Source of the DNA: Squalus acanthias
Lineage: Eukaryota
Length of the DNA stretch: 64,000 nucleotides
Reading direction: 5' to 3'
NCBI GenBank assembly: GCA_030390025.1
Contig: JASTWF010000323.1
Span: 434,001-498,000, forward strand
Positions 24,410 to 37,500 of the stretch are shown in pieces (within the stretch, counting starts at the first letter, position 1; each line of letters begins with the position of its first letter). A program made the translations under genes and the position numbers. A model generated the notes under the pieces. The model was not told the origin of the DNA, ran no database searches, and saw nothing but the letters and a program-made list of their open reading frames with translations.

Positions 24410-26500
24410 TCATGCCTCACGTATACTACGAGGGTTGGAAAGTACATTCTGAGCGTGTAAACGTCATCTGTTTGCCACATTTTGGCCAGTAAATCATTTC
24501 ACCTGCATTACCGGACTGCAGAAGGTCATTTTGCATTTACCACACACGTCCCTTAATCTGCTGTTAAAACCAAATGAGACTAAGGTATGCTTTCAGCGAA
24601 TAAGTAAATGGACACTCGAATTGTTACAGCGCGACCTGGACATTACGCCTAAACGAACCACGCTGTTACCCCTTATGCTCGCCTATGAGGGAAGCCCACA
24701 CCAGTGTCCATTACCAGTGCTAGATATGGAACCAAATCCAATAAAGGCTAACGGCATACCCGGAGCTCGAAATGTGTATGTTGACGGGTCATCATACTAT
24801 GTAGATGGCCATCCTAGAACTGGATAGGCCCTTATTGATATCTACGCTCACGATTGGTCAGAGGGATTTCAAGTTCTCGTCCACTCCTCACAACAGGCAG
24901 AACTGATTGTTGTAATTCTAGCCGTACATTACACGACTATGGATGAAACAAATATCTGGTCCGACAGCAGTTACGTCTGTAACACAGTGATGGCTCTTCC
25001 CCGCTATAATACAAATGAGTTTTGCTCATCAGATGGTAAATCTTCATTACATTCTGGTCTCCTCCGTAAGCTATGGAAAATGCTTCAGGAACGAGTCGCC
25101 CCTTGTCACGTTGGTAATGTAGCAGCCCATCAGAAAGATTCATCTACCCATTCCCGAGGTAACCAAATGGCCAATCGCTTTGCTAAGGAGGCGGCCGAGA
25201 CCGAAATGTTACTACCTTGGTGGGTGATGAATGATACTCAGACGCACGTAGTGGGGACGGTGACTAAGACTAAAGCCATTGATCTTTTGGCCCTACAGGA
25301 TTCATATGCCCCTTATGCACAGGTAATAGCCTGGCATCAACAGGGATGCACGCTACCAGCACCCACCCTATGGGCAGACTCCACTGCAATGCAACAAGGT
25401 GTAGATAAAAACCCTCCCCTACTAATGACGAGGAATAAAGAGGGAGACCTAGTAGTTTGTATTCCTCCTCAGTTAAAGGAAAACATTCCAACTCTGTTTC
25501 ATTCTCACCCGACGGCGGTCCATTACTCAGCGGCCTCTACACTACAAAAGTTATTACCTGTTTGCTGGTGGCCTGGAATGGAACAGTATGTGGAACAATA
25601 TGTTAATTGTTGCTTGCCATGCCTACAGACAAACCTCCCTTCTTGTTCAAATCACGCTTTACTTTGGTCACAGTCGCCTCCTGAGGGACCATTGACACAC
25701 TGACAGATTGACTTTATTGGTGCACTAACAAAATCCAAGGGAAACTATGAGTACGCACTTGTGATAATCGATCAGTTCATTAAATGGATTTAGGCTTTTC
25801 CCCCTGAGTGAGGTGTTCTGTAGATGGGGATTGCCATTACAAGTGGATAGCGATCAGGGTTCACACATTACGGGGACAGTTTTCACAACTCTGCAAGAAA
25901 TGTTACAGATAAAACATAAATTGCACATTGCACACCATCCACAATCATCAGGGATTGTGGAGAGGGGAAATCGAACTTCAATGACAATGTTGCAGAAGTT
26001 GTGTACAGAACACCCCAATCAGTTGGCTGAAATGTTGCCTTTATGTCTAATGGCAATACGCTCGACCCCACACGTGACTAGGAGGGTAAGTCCATATGAT
26101 GCTATTACTGGGAGGCAAATGCGGATACCAGGACATGTAACATTGGGAAACAACACACCATTAAAACTACAACCATGTAGCCAAAAATGGTTAGAAATCT
26201 TGAAAGATAATATGGACAAGGTGAAAAAGCTGGTGGCCATTAACATAGGCAAATCGCGGGAACAAATCAAGCGATATTATGTTAAGAGGGTAAAACCATT
26301 TGAGTATGATGTTGGAGACCGAGTAATGTTACAAAATTTCTCTCGAAAGAAACACTCATTCGAGATAAAATGGACGGGCCCTCATACCATAGTAGATAAA
26401 ATAAATCCGCCTGTGTATCTACTGAATGTCCCATAAGGTCCGAAGGGAGAACCAAAAATAAATGTTTCCATATCAATCAGATGAAAACTGTTAAGAATTA
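24410..26500 (+). pseudogene. pol: pol pseudogene: degenerate RNase H (tether), RNase H, integrase
   Basis: ASRILR..CKRHLFATFW..ISKWTLEL; YVDGSS, SQQAEL, IWSDSSYV, AAH..GNQMANRFAK; H-H-C-C (HSHP..HY..CLPC); IDFIG, DSDQGSH, HPQSSGIVER, KWTGPH; stops and frameshifts. Confidence 0.9.
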
Positions 26501-26534
26501 AGATGTTACATTTTGGTTTACCCACAGGTTAAAG

Positions 26535-28282
26535 ATGTGGCTCTGTATGCTGAAACTGATAATTGGATGTGCAGTGAGCTCTTCGGAGATAACAAAAACT
26601 TTTGACATTACCATTAACATCTGTACACTGGATGAAGGAGGCGAATGCGCCGTACTCCCCATCTATGGAACGGAACCTCGAATTGCTGGCGGACATAAAC
26701 AATCAAAGAACTATAATGGATCATCCGAGACGTATGAGGGGGATGTTCCAGTTTGGATCAGAAATAGTACAAATGATAATATTACAACACCATACGTAAC
26801 GGGTTATGGTACATTACAAGAAAAGGTGTATAATTGGGAAATAAAAGAAGAGTATGGTGTGTGCGTCAGGTGTGGGTTAAGGAAAGGAAAGGCCCAAATG
26901 CGTGGAAATTCCTGAAGAAAAATAATGGAATCTGGGAACAGGTACAAGAATCAAATCAGGGACCAGTAGCATCGGAAAGTAAGGGATATATATAATCATG
27001 CTGGCCTCGGTGTTGGAAGAAACATACCGGCCAGTATTCTTGTATTGGGTCGAAAATTATCATGGGCTTTAAACATCAGGATGATGATTGGCCTGCTATT
27101 CCCGAATATGATGTAAAGATTACCTCAGCAGGATATGAGATTCCCAGAGACGATATAGAGATCACCGCGGCAGATGACTTTATGATGACTTTTAAACATT
27201 GGGGAAATTATAGGGATTTTGAGAATAAATATAACAGCTTAATAGAATTCGAAAATGCAATAATTGGATGTGTAAGGGACGGTGGGTATGTCTATAGTGT
27301 TAAGCCTTCACACTATGAGAAAGCAAGTCATTCAGAACCACGGGAGGGTGTACCCGAGGAACAATGTCCCCTACTAACACCAGGACCTGGGAACGGTCTT
27401 GTAATTATACCCACCTATAAAGCAGTGTTTCATCAAGTAATACCGGAAGTGGTCCCTGTTATCCTAAATTTAACAGAACTAATACTACCAAATTGGTGCC
27501 CTGACAAAACAGCACAACTAACTCAGAGAATGCTGCAGCAGGTTTTTAATCAGTACTGGGAAAAAATCGACCTTATCTATAAATATAGAGAAAACAGAAG
27601 GGACCTTCCGTCACGAGTTTAGTACTACTAAAGAGAGCAGCCAGGGAAGAGTAGACAGAAAAGAGGATTGATTAACGATGGACTCACAGTTTCCAACACA
27701 GTAACATCGGTAATTAACTCAATGGATTCCGCAGATTTACAAAAACAATTACAAACGGTAAGGGAAAAGTTGAAGGAGATACTTAGTAGGGAAAACAACA
27801 TAGTAAGCGAGGAGCTAAGGGAGGATCAGGTAATGACCACACACCTGCGGGACATCATACATGAAATAGAGGAACATGACAAAACAATGAATTATCTGAT
27901 TAGAGAAAACAGAAATGCCTCTGATCAAGCAGCCCATAATGACGTATGCGTTATGTACGGCAATTGTCTGATTGAACAAACTAGGGAACACATTCAGACC
28001 ATCAATCAGGGACGTCTCCCCACTTGGGTCACCAATAAACACTTATCAGGGCTATCCAGTTATTACGATGATGCAGAACTATGTAAGATCAGGAGTTTGA
28101 TTACGATCCACCCTGTCAAACAAGAATGACACGAGGTAGGGAGTCAAATGTTGATGGGACTAATACTACAAATTCCTATTCTAATGAATCCAACTAGGCC
28201 CAACCCCCTATTTAGGATAGAAAATATAGGAGTAGTACAAGGGAATACTATTACCCGATTTCTCACGGCACCACAATGGTAA
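26535..28282 (+). pseudogene. env: env pseudogene (signal peptide, RQKR furin site, fusion peptide, heptad region)
   Basis: MWLCMLKLIIGCAVSSS; SRQKR|GLINDGLTVSNTVTSVINSMDSADLQKQL at 27650 onward; GLILQIP..PLFRIENIG after an in-frame stop at 28127. Confidence 0.8.
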
Positions 28283-28289
28283 GTACAAT

Positions 28290-29150
28290 TATACCTGGTT
28301 GGGGCCTAAAGCTGAATCCAGTCCCTCACGACCCGGATTGATCCTATTCTGCAACCCATTCCCTCACTATCCGGACTTATCCTATACAGCACTCCCGTTC
28401 CTCACTTCCCGGACTGAACACACCTGAATCCAGTTCCTCACTTCCTGTTCTGGCACTTCTCCCGACATCAGTCCCTCGCTACCCGGACTTGGCCTACACC
28501 TAACTCCACTCCCTCACTACCCGGACTTGGCCTACACTTGATTCCAATCCCTCACTGCCCGGTCCGGGCTTACACCTGACTCCAGTCTGTAGCTACCCAG
28601 ACTGGGAGTGCACCGGACTCCAGTCCCTCACTACCTGGTCTGATCGTACATCACACACTCGTCCCTCGCTACCCCGACTGGGCCAACAATTAACTGTAGT
28701 CCCTCGCTACCAGGTCTGGGTCTTCACCTGACTCCTGTCGCTCACTACGCGGATTGACCTAAACCTGATTCCAATCCCTCAATACCCGTTCTGGACCGAC
28801 ACCAGATATATTTTTGAAGGCTAAGAGGATCAAGGGATATGGGGAGAAAGCAGGGACAGTGTACTGAATTTGGATGATCAGCCATGATCGCATTGAATGG
28901 AGGAGCAGGCTCGAGGGGCCGAATGGCCTACTCTTGCTCCTATCTTCTATATTTCTATGTTGCTATTCCAGACCTTCACTTGCCGGTCTGTGCCTGGACT
29001 TGACTCTGGTCCCTCATTATCCGTTCTGGGTCTACATCTGATTCTAGTCCCTCATTACCCGGTCTGGGCCTACACCTGATTCATGTCAATAACTGCCCGT
29101 TCTGTGCCTACACTGAACTTAATTCCCTCGCCACTCAGACTGGGCCTATA
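28290..29150. repeat. 38-bp tandem repeat with a CR1 3' tail inserted at about 28802-28960
   Basis: CCTACACCTGACTCCAGTCCCTCACTACCCGGACTGGG units (e.g. 28493 to 28531). Confidence 0.85.
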
Positions 29151-29231
29151 TGTGGCACGTTAGGAGTGGTTATATTTCTCTAGGTCACTGGTGCCTTTCC
29201 AGAGGGGCCTGACAGATGGCCGCGCACCTCA

Positions 29232-30850
29232 GGGAAATTGACGGGATTGAAGGCAAATAAATCCCCAGGGCCTGATAATCTACATACTAGAGTACTTAAG
29301 GAAGTGGCCCTAGAAAGAGTAGAAGCATTGCTGATCATCTTCCAACATTCGATTGAATCTGGAACTGTACCCATGGATTGGAGGGTAGCTAATGTAACCC
29401 CACTATTCAAAAAGGGTGGTAGAGAGAAAGTGGGGAATTACAGACCGGTAGACCTGACATCGGGAGTGGGGAAAATACTAGAGTCCATTATAAAGGATGT
29501 AATAGCTGAGCACGTGAAAAACAGTGACAGGATCGGACAAAGTCAACATGGATTTACAAAAGGTAAATCGTGCTTGACTAATCTGCTGGAATTTTTTGAG
29601 GATGTAGCTGGGAAAAATAGATAAGGGAGAACCAGTAGATGTGGTGTATTTGGACTTTCAAAAGGCTTTCGATAAGGTCCCGCATAAGAGATTAGCGTGT
29701 AAAGTTAAGGCACATGGGATTGGGGGCAAGGTATTGACTTGGATATAGAACTGGTTGGCGGACAGAAAGCAGAGTGTAGGAATTAATGGGTCTTTTACCG
29801 AGTGGCAGGCAGTGACTATTGGGGTACCGCAGGGTTCGGTCCTTGGACCCCAGCTATTCACAATATACATTAATGATCTGGATAAGGGAACTAAATGTAA
29901 TATCTCCAAGTTTGCAGATGACACAACGCTGGGTGGGCGTGTGTGCTCCGATGAGGATACTGAGATACTCCAGGATGATTTGGACAGGTTGGTGAGTGGG
30001 CAGAAGCGTGGCAGATGCAATATAACGTGGATAAATGCGAAGTTATCCACTTTGGTGTCAAAAACAGAAAGACAGACTATTATCTGAATGGCAATAGATT
30101 GGGAGAAGGGGAAGTGCAACGAGACCTGGGTGTCCTTGTGCACCAGTCGCTGAAGGTAAGCATGCAGGTGCAGCAGGCGGTGAAGAAGGCAAATGGTATG
30201 TTGGCCTTCATAGCGAAAGGGTTTGAGTATAGGAACAGGGATGTCCTGCTGCAGTTGTACAGGGCCTTGGTGAGACAACACCTTGAGTACACTGTGCAGT
30301 TTTGGTCGCCTTATCTGAGGAAGGATGTTTTTGCCATGGAAGGAGTTCAGCGAAGATTCAGAAGGCTGATAACTGGGATGGCAGGAATGACATATGAGGA
30401 AAGATTTGTTCGATTGGGCTTATACTCGCTTGAGTATAGAAGAATGAGAGGGTATCTCATCGAAACATATGCTTTTCTGACAGGTCTGGACAAACTAGAT
30501 GCAGGAAGAATGTTCCCGATGGTCGGAGGGTCCAGAACCAGCGGTCATAATCTAAGGATAAGGTTTAAGCCATTTAGGACAGAAATGAGGAAGAATTTCT
30601 TCACCCAGAGAGTGGTGAACCTGTGGAATTCTCTACCACAGAAGGTAGTTGAGGCCAAGTCATTAAATATATTCAAGAATAAGTTAGATATATTTCTTAA
30701 AGCTAAAGGTATCAAGGGATATGGGGAGAAGGCAGGTACATGGTACTTAGTTTGGATGATCAGCCATGATCTCATCGAATGGCGGAGCAGGCTCGAGGGG
30801 CCGATTGGCCTACTCCTGCTCCTATCTTCTATGTTTCTATGTTTCTATGT
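29232..30850 (+). mobile_element. CR1 LINE, 5' truncated (RT, frameshifted)
   Basis: KSPGPD, NYRPV, QHGFTKGKSCLTNL, GVPQGSVLGP, FADD, QFWSP, CR1 tail with TTCTATGT repeats. Confidence 0.95.
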
Positions 30851-30998
30851 TTCAAAGGGTGCCCAGTGTAGACAGTGTGTGACTGAGCTTGTGAATGTCC
30901 CCGATCACCGGCCCCACGGGCGGCCCGGTCTGGGGGAGAGCGGCTCGCCACAATATCAGGCCCATTGAGCTCTCAGGCTGCAAATTCTACGCTTCCTC

Positions 30999-31921
30999 TC
31001 ATCCTTTAATGAATCTTACAATCAGAGTAAAGGGATACTTCCCCACATTCTTCAACTGCTCTCTGAACTTAGTCTGTGTCACGGCATAAATCGCAGTGTT
31101 TGTGCAGCAGCTCAGCAGCTGCAGCATCAATCCCATTTCCAGTACGTAAGTAGGTAGATATACAGCATAATATATGAGATTTTCAGTTGGAGACAACAAA
31201 TAATACATCCGGCTCCATATAGAATTCACCATAAACATTGCCCACAACAGAATGAAATTGCCCGAGATAACAAACAGTAAAATGATGGATTTCCTGCGGC
31301 TCTCCATTTCTGGATCTCTGGGACTCTCCCCACAGCTGGGACCCCGGAGTCTCCTCCGGGCTCTGCTGGCCACTAAAATGTGTCTGACGGTTAAAACATT
31401 GAGCAGCAGGATAAGAACAAATGGGACACACGGGGTGAGAACATAATGAAGGAACTCGATTGCTGCCCAGAACCGTGAAAACATAACATAATATTTTACC
31501 CAGCAAAACCAGGGGGTGTTGGAAAGCCAATACCGATCTCCCAACATAAAATACCAGAAAATATTCTTTAAACAGCTCAGCACAGTCACTGTTCCCAGAA
31601 CCACAGCCGCCGTTTTCTCGGTGCAATATTTTGTTTTCAGCTTCTGGCAACAAATGGCCACAAATCGATCAAAAGTGAAAGTGACAGTGAACCAGACAGA
31701 ACAGTCCGTGGCTGCATAAAGCAGGACGGCGTGGATATTACAAAGGTGGATGGAATGTACGAAATAAAACTGATGCTTATAAACAATCGGAATCTGCCTC
31801 AATATCAGGTCCAGAATAACGACCAGTAGATCCGCCGCCGCCATGGCCACCAGGTAGCGAGTGACACACTTGGAGAGACCGCACTTTCCCCGAGACAGGA
31901 TCACAATCGTCACTAAGTTAA
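30999..31921 (-). CDS. GPR139-like: Class A GPCR, GPR139/GPR142-like, coding exon 2 of 2
   Basis: NL..IVILSR..YLVAMAAADLL..TFDRFVAICC..LLN..NTAIYAVTQTKFR; acceptor TTTCCCTTCCTCGCAG|TTAAC; no stops. Confidence 0.92.
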
Positions 31922-33916
31922 CTGCGAGGAAGGGAAATAAACAGGGAAATTAGACATCAGGCTGGGAGCAAAATCAGCAGTTTGATGGAATTCCGGTTGA
32001 AATCTGCAACTCATTAACGACACTCACTGATATAATCTAATTCTATTACCCGTGGAGCTGAATGCAGGGTTTATTGTAAGAATAATCAGAAATACATCGT
32101 ATTATCAATACATGAGATGGGGATAAATGCAACATTAAAGTAAGAGATGTTTGATTAAGGAGAGATTAAATGATAGATCTAACTTTAGCCCAGCAGACAA
32201 AAGCAACGCCCGGGAGACAGGGACACACAGGACCAGAACCTCTCTGGATGCCTTCGTGTCCCGGGATCAGTCAGCATTTGGAGCGGTGCAATTCGCTTCT
32301 GTGCCCCTGTGTTAGGGAGGGGGAAATGCCGCTCGGATCCCTGCTCCTGGTTAGAAGATGACTTCTATTTAGAACAGAAAATGAATGGAGCAACAAAATA
32401 CAGAAACTGCAACCTTGGCGTGCAATAATAGCAGGCAATTGTATTTAAAATGTACGGATATATTATGCAAGCACTAAGATGACACGTACAAGTGCACTGC
32501 CGTTATAAAGTTAACTGGGCTGTAAGAAGCGTTTTGACAATTGAGTTTTCTACATTTTTGTTGAAATACACAAATTCCAGCTCATTGAAAGAAGATTTTC
32601 AAAATAGCATTGCAAAGAATGAATTCTGAATTAAAATAAGTAGTTATCATTGACCAGATAATGTCCCACTAAATGCATTTATTTGCATCAAAATAAGACG
32701 AATTACCCCAGAGGCAAAGTGCCGCTGAATGCTTTTGTAAAGCATCTGTACACAAGTGGCAGAGATTTATCATAGTACTTTTCCACCTGTTGTTTACCAA
32801 TTTGTGCAGAGAATATTAGATGGGAAAATATGAAAGGATTTTTTTAGCCTCAGTACCTCTGTTACAATCAGCTGGGATTGTTTATCCTGAAGTACAGCAG
32901 AAACAATAGAAAATGAGTCTGGGTGTCACTGAGAGATCCACTGAATTGTGAAAGACAGGCATGGGATCAAATTTTAAATTCCAAACAACGCTGGGAAATA
33001 AATGTGTTGAAATCTGGCTTAATGAACATTTTGTGAGAATGTAAATTGTCCTTGTAATCCTGTTCTAACCATCAGAAGCAGTTCAACTAATACTGAACAG
33101 GAGATGGCGGGAAAGGAGACACTGACTGGAAATGAATGATTAGCGGAAATTTCAGATATTTAGCGATGTGTGTGTATGATCTGACAGGATTTGGTCCTGT
33201 GACTCTGGGCAAGTAACCATACCGAGCATTGGCTGAAAACAAATGCAAAACACTGCGGATGCTGGAAATCTGAAAGTAAAACTGAAAATGCGGGGAATAC
33301 TCAGCAGGCCAGGCAGCATCTGTGGAGCAAGAACAGAGTTAATATGTCAATTCGATGATCTTTCGCCATTGGGTGAAAAGTCTCCTAAACCAAGACAACA
33401 TTCTTCTGATCTGTTACAAATGTTCAGTGGAGGTAGCAGAACGAAATTCGTCAAATAAAGAGTCTCCAACAATATCTTTGCTTGAATTGAATATAGAACA
33501 TTTGAATCTTGGTAACACCGTATCCTGTTCAGAATCAATAGCTGACAGCAGCGCGGATGGGATGGAGAATGCCAAGGAGATAAATACAGTTACACATTAT
33601 TCATAGAAATAATAGCCAGCTGCAGAGACTTAACAGGGACACCAACAGCAGCGAGGGGGTGGCGGAGTAAATGACAAGAACCGTAATACAATGAAACATG
33701 AATTACATAATTAATAGCTTGCTGCAGAGACTGACCAGGGACATCAACAGCAGCGAGGATGTGCCATTAATTTTAAACAACAACCCATGCATTAACAAGG
33801 ATGCAATAACTTGTAACACAGAATAGCATTAATAACAATACACCACGTAAAATAGCAAGAATAATGTTTCAGTGTAACATGGTTAATATAATTAATAACT
33901 GGACATAGATACTTAC

Positions 33917-34010
33917 TAGGAACACCAACAACAGCGAGAAGGGGATAGTAAATCTTTTGTATATCATAACATATTCTTGTTATCCGCTGGCGTTCAATAA
34001 AACTTTCCAT
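33917..34010 (-). CDS. GPR139-like: GPR139/GPR142-like GPCR, coding exon 1 of 2
   Basis: MESFIERQRITRICYDIQKIYYPLLAVVGVP, then donor A|GTAAGT; phase-1 join to exon 2 gives a 338-aa ORF. Confidence 0.85.
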
Positions 34011-34109
34011 GGAGATGCTCGAACAGACGACTTTCCTTCTGTGAGTGACTGATGGTATTTGTGCTGGAGGCAACGCGCTGATTGTGTGAGCTGACACAGT
34101 GAAGGGAGC

Positions 34110-34170
34110 TCCTTATTTAGAGCAGAGAGAAATCCCCTAGTGAAATCATTAGGCCTCATTAATTACAGTC
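34110..34170 (-). promoter_or_regulatory. Putative GPCR promoter: TATA-like box, O/E-like site, homeodomain sites
   Basis: TAAATAAG about 100 bp upstream of the ATG; CCCCTAGTGA (34134-34143); TAATGA twice and TAATTA (34146-34165). Confidence 0.45.
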
Positions 34171-34519
34171 ATTGAACAAACAGACTCATTGAACCATTGT
34201 CATCACAAAACTTCACTGCAACACAATCTAGCTCACGTTATTGTACATATCTATAGATTAAAGGTGAGCGAATGCGCATTATTTCACCCGCCCTTTAAAA
34301 TACAGAGGACAGAACAGAGAGAACGGAGTTTCTCTTCCTGTATAGAACTCAAACTGAGAACAGAAGAGCCGAAAGTGACAGAAAAAAGGAAGAAGTAAAA
34401 AATGAAAAAAGATGCTTTGCCCCATCCTTGTTCTCTGATTTATTCCGTCCATGACCAGAAGGTTAAAATATTCACGATAAATAAATGTTCCTAAACATCT
34501 GGATCTTAGATCTGATCCC

Positions 34520-37500
34520 AGTGATGGAACAATGGGACTCGGGTACATGGCACTGCTCCCGCCACAGTCCAGGAATTTCATACCCAGGTTCGCTGATGTT
34601 ACACTGCGCCCGCCTCCGTCCAGGAATTGCATTCCGAGGGACGCCTAGATTACTCAGCTCCCACTTCAATCCAGGAATTTCTTTCCCAGGCCATCTAGAT
34701 TACAATGCTCTCGCCTCAAACCAGGAATTTCATTCGCAGGGTCGCCTAGATAATATTGCTGCCGGTACAATCCAGGAATTTCATTCACAGGGTCGCCGAG
34801 ATTACACTGCTCCCGCCTGAGACCATGAATAGCATTCCAAGCGCCGGCTAGAGTACATTGCACCCGCCTTAGTTAAGGAATTTAATTCCCAGGGCAGGCT
34901 GGATTGAATTGCTCCCACCTCAATCCAGGAATTGCATTCCCAGGGCCGCAGAGATTGCACTGCTCCTGCCTCAATCAAGGAATTGCATTCCCAGGGCCGC
35001 CTAGATTAGACTGTTCCAGTCTCATTGCAGGAATTTCATTCCCAGGGCCGCCTAGATTGCACTGTCCCTCCACAATCCGGGGGTTTCATTCCCAGGGATG
35101 GCTGGATTACACTGCGCCCGTCTCAGTCGAGGAACTCCATTTTCCATCACCGTATAGAATACATTTCACCCGCCCCTGGCCGGCAATTTACTTCCCAGGC
35201 GCGCCTAGATTACACAGCTCCCGCCTCAGTCGAGGAATTTCATTCCCACGGGCACCAAGATTGCAATGCGCCCGCATTAGTCCAGGAGTTTCATTCGCTG
35301 GGGTACATAGATTACACTGCTCCCGCCTCTGTCCGACAATTTAATTGCCAGGTGCGCCTAGATTTCACAGCACCCGCCTCAGTCGAAGAATTTACATCCT
35401 AGGGGCACCGAGATTAAACTGTTCCCGCCTCAGTCCAGGCATGTCATTCCATGGGACCCCAAGATTACACCAATCCCGCCTCAATGCAGGAATTACATTC
35501 CCAGAGGCGGCTAGTTTACACTGCTCCCACCTCAGTTCAGGTATTTCAATGCCCGAGACTCCTAGATCACACTATTGCCGCCTCAGTCCATGAATTTCAT
35601 TCTCAGTGCCGTCTAGATAACACTGCTCCCGCCTCAAAAGAGGAATTTCATTCCCAGGGCCGCCTGGATTACACTGCTCCCGCCTCAATCAAGGAATTTC
35701 ATTCGCAGGTTCGCCTAGATTAGGCTGCTTCCGGCACAATCCAGGAATTTCATTCACAGGGTCGCCTGGATTACATTGAACCCGCCTCAGTTCAGGAATT
35801 CCATTCCCAGGGCAGGCTGGATTACACTGCTCCTGCCTCAATCCAGGAATTGCATTCCGAGAGCCGCCTAGATTACACTGCTCCCGCCTCAGTCCAGGAA
35901 TTTCATTCCCTGGGGCGGCAAGATAAAATGCTCACGCCACAGTCCGGCAATTTCATTCCCAGATGCACCTAGATTACACAGGCCCCGCCTCAGTACAGGA
36001 ATTTCATTCTTGGGACACCTAGATTACACTGCGATCGACTGCGTCCAGGAATTTCATTCCCAGGGCACCGAGGTTGCACTGCTCCCGCCACATTCCAGGC
36101 ATTTCATTCACAGGGGCACCTATATTACAATGTACCCCACACCTTCCCGGAATTTCGTCCCCAGGGCCGCCTAGATAGCACTTTCCCGCCTCAATCAGGA
36201 GCTTTCATTCCCAGGGCCGGCTCTATAACATTGCTCCCGCCTCAATCCAGGAATTGCATTCCCAGGACCGCCTAGATTGCACTGCGCCCGCCTTAATCCG
36301 GGCCTTTTATTCCCAAAACCGGCTGGATTACACTGCTCGCGCCTGAGACCTGGAATTCCATTCCCAGCGCCGCCTAGATTACATAGCACCCGCCTCAGTT
36401 CAGTATTTTTCTTCCCAGTGGCGCCTATATTACACTCCTCCCGCCGCTGTCCATGAATATCATACCCATGGCAACCTAAATTACACTGCTCCTGTATCTG
36501 TCCAGGAATGTCATTCCCCTGGCTATCTCGATTACACTGCTCCTGCCTCAGTCCAGGATATTTATTCCTAGGGGCACCTAGATGACACTGCTACCGCCTC
36601 AGTCCAGCAATTTAGTTCCCAGCGCGTCCGAGTTTGCACTACTCCCGCCTCAGTCCCTGAATTTCGTTCCCAGGGGCACCTATATTACACTGCTTCCGCC
36701 TTCAGTTCAGGAATCTTATTCTGAGGGGGAACCTAGATTACACTGCTCCCGCCTCGGTCCAGGACTTCAATTCACAGGGCCGGCTTAATTAAACTGCTCC
36801 CGGCTCAATCCAGGAATTTAATTAACAGGGCCGCCTAGATTACACTGCTCCCGCATTAATCCAGTAATTACATTCCCACACCATCTAGATTACATTGTTC
36901 CCGCCTCAATCCATGTCTTTAATTCCCAGATTCGTCTGGATTACACTTCTCCCGCCTCAGTTCAGGAATTACATTCCCGGGGCCACCTAGATTCCACCGC
37001 TCCCGCCTCAGACCAGGAATTACATTCCCAGGGTCGCCAAGATTACATTGCATCCACCTCAGTTCAGGAATTTCATACCCAGGAGCGCCTAGATTACACT
37101 GCTCCCGCCTCAGTCGAGGATTTTCATTCCCAGGCCATCCGGATAACACTGCTCCCGCCTCAATCCAGGAATTCTATTCACAGGGCCGCCTAGATTACAT
37201 TGCTGCCGCCTAAATCCTGGAATTCCCTTCCCAGGGCCGCGCAGGTGACATTTCACACGCCTCAGTACATACATTTACTTCCCAGGGCCGCCTAGATTAA
37301 ACTACTCCCACCTCAATTCCGAAATGTCAATGCCAGTGCCACCTAGATCAAACTATTCCCGCCTCAGTCCTAGATTTCATTCTCAGGGCCGCCTAGGTTA
37401 GACTGCTCCCTTCTCAGTCCGTCAATTTCATTCCCAGAGCCGCCTATATTAAAATGCTCCAGCCTCAATGCAGCAATTTCATTCCCAGAGCCGCCTATAT

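Larger units (their letters stand above)
24410..28282 (+). mobile_element. Endogenous retrovirus fragment (3' pol plus env), lokiretrovirus-like
   Basis: Tether/RNase H, RNase H, integrase and env in colinear order; no LTRs seen at either end. Confidence 0.85.

Noticed and set aside
29658..30281. 207-aa antisense ORF (and the similar 55828-56493)
   Set aside because: Shadow frames opposite CR1 RT.
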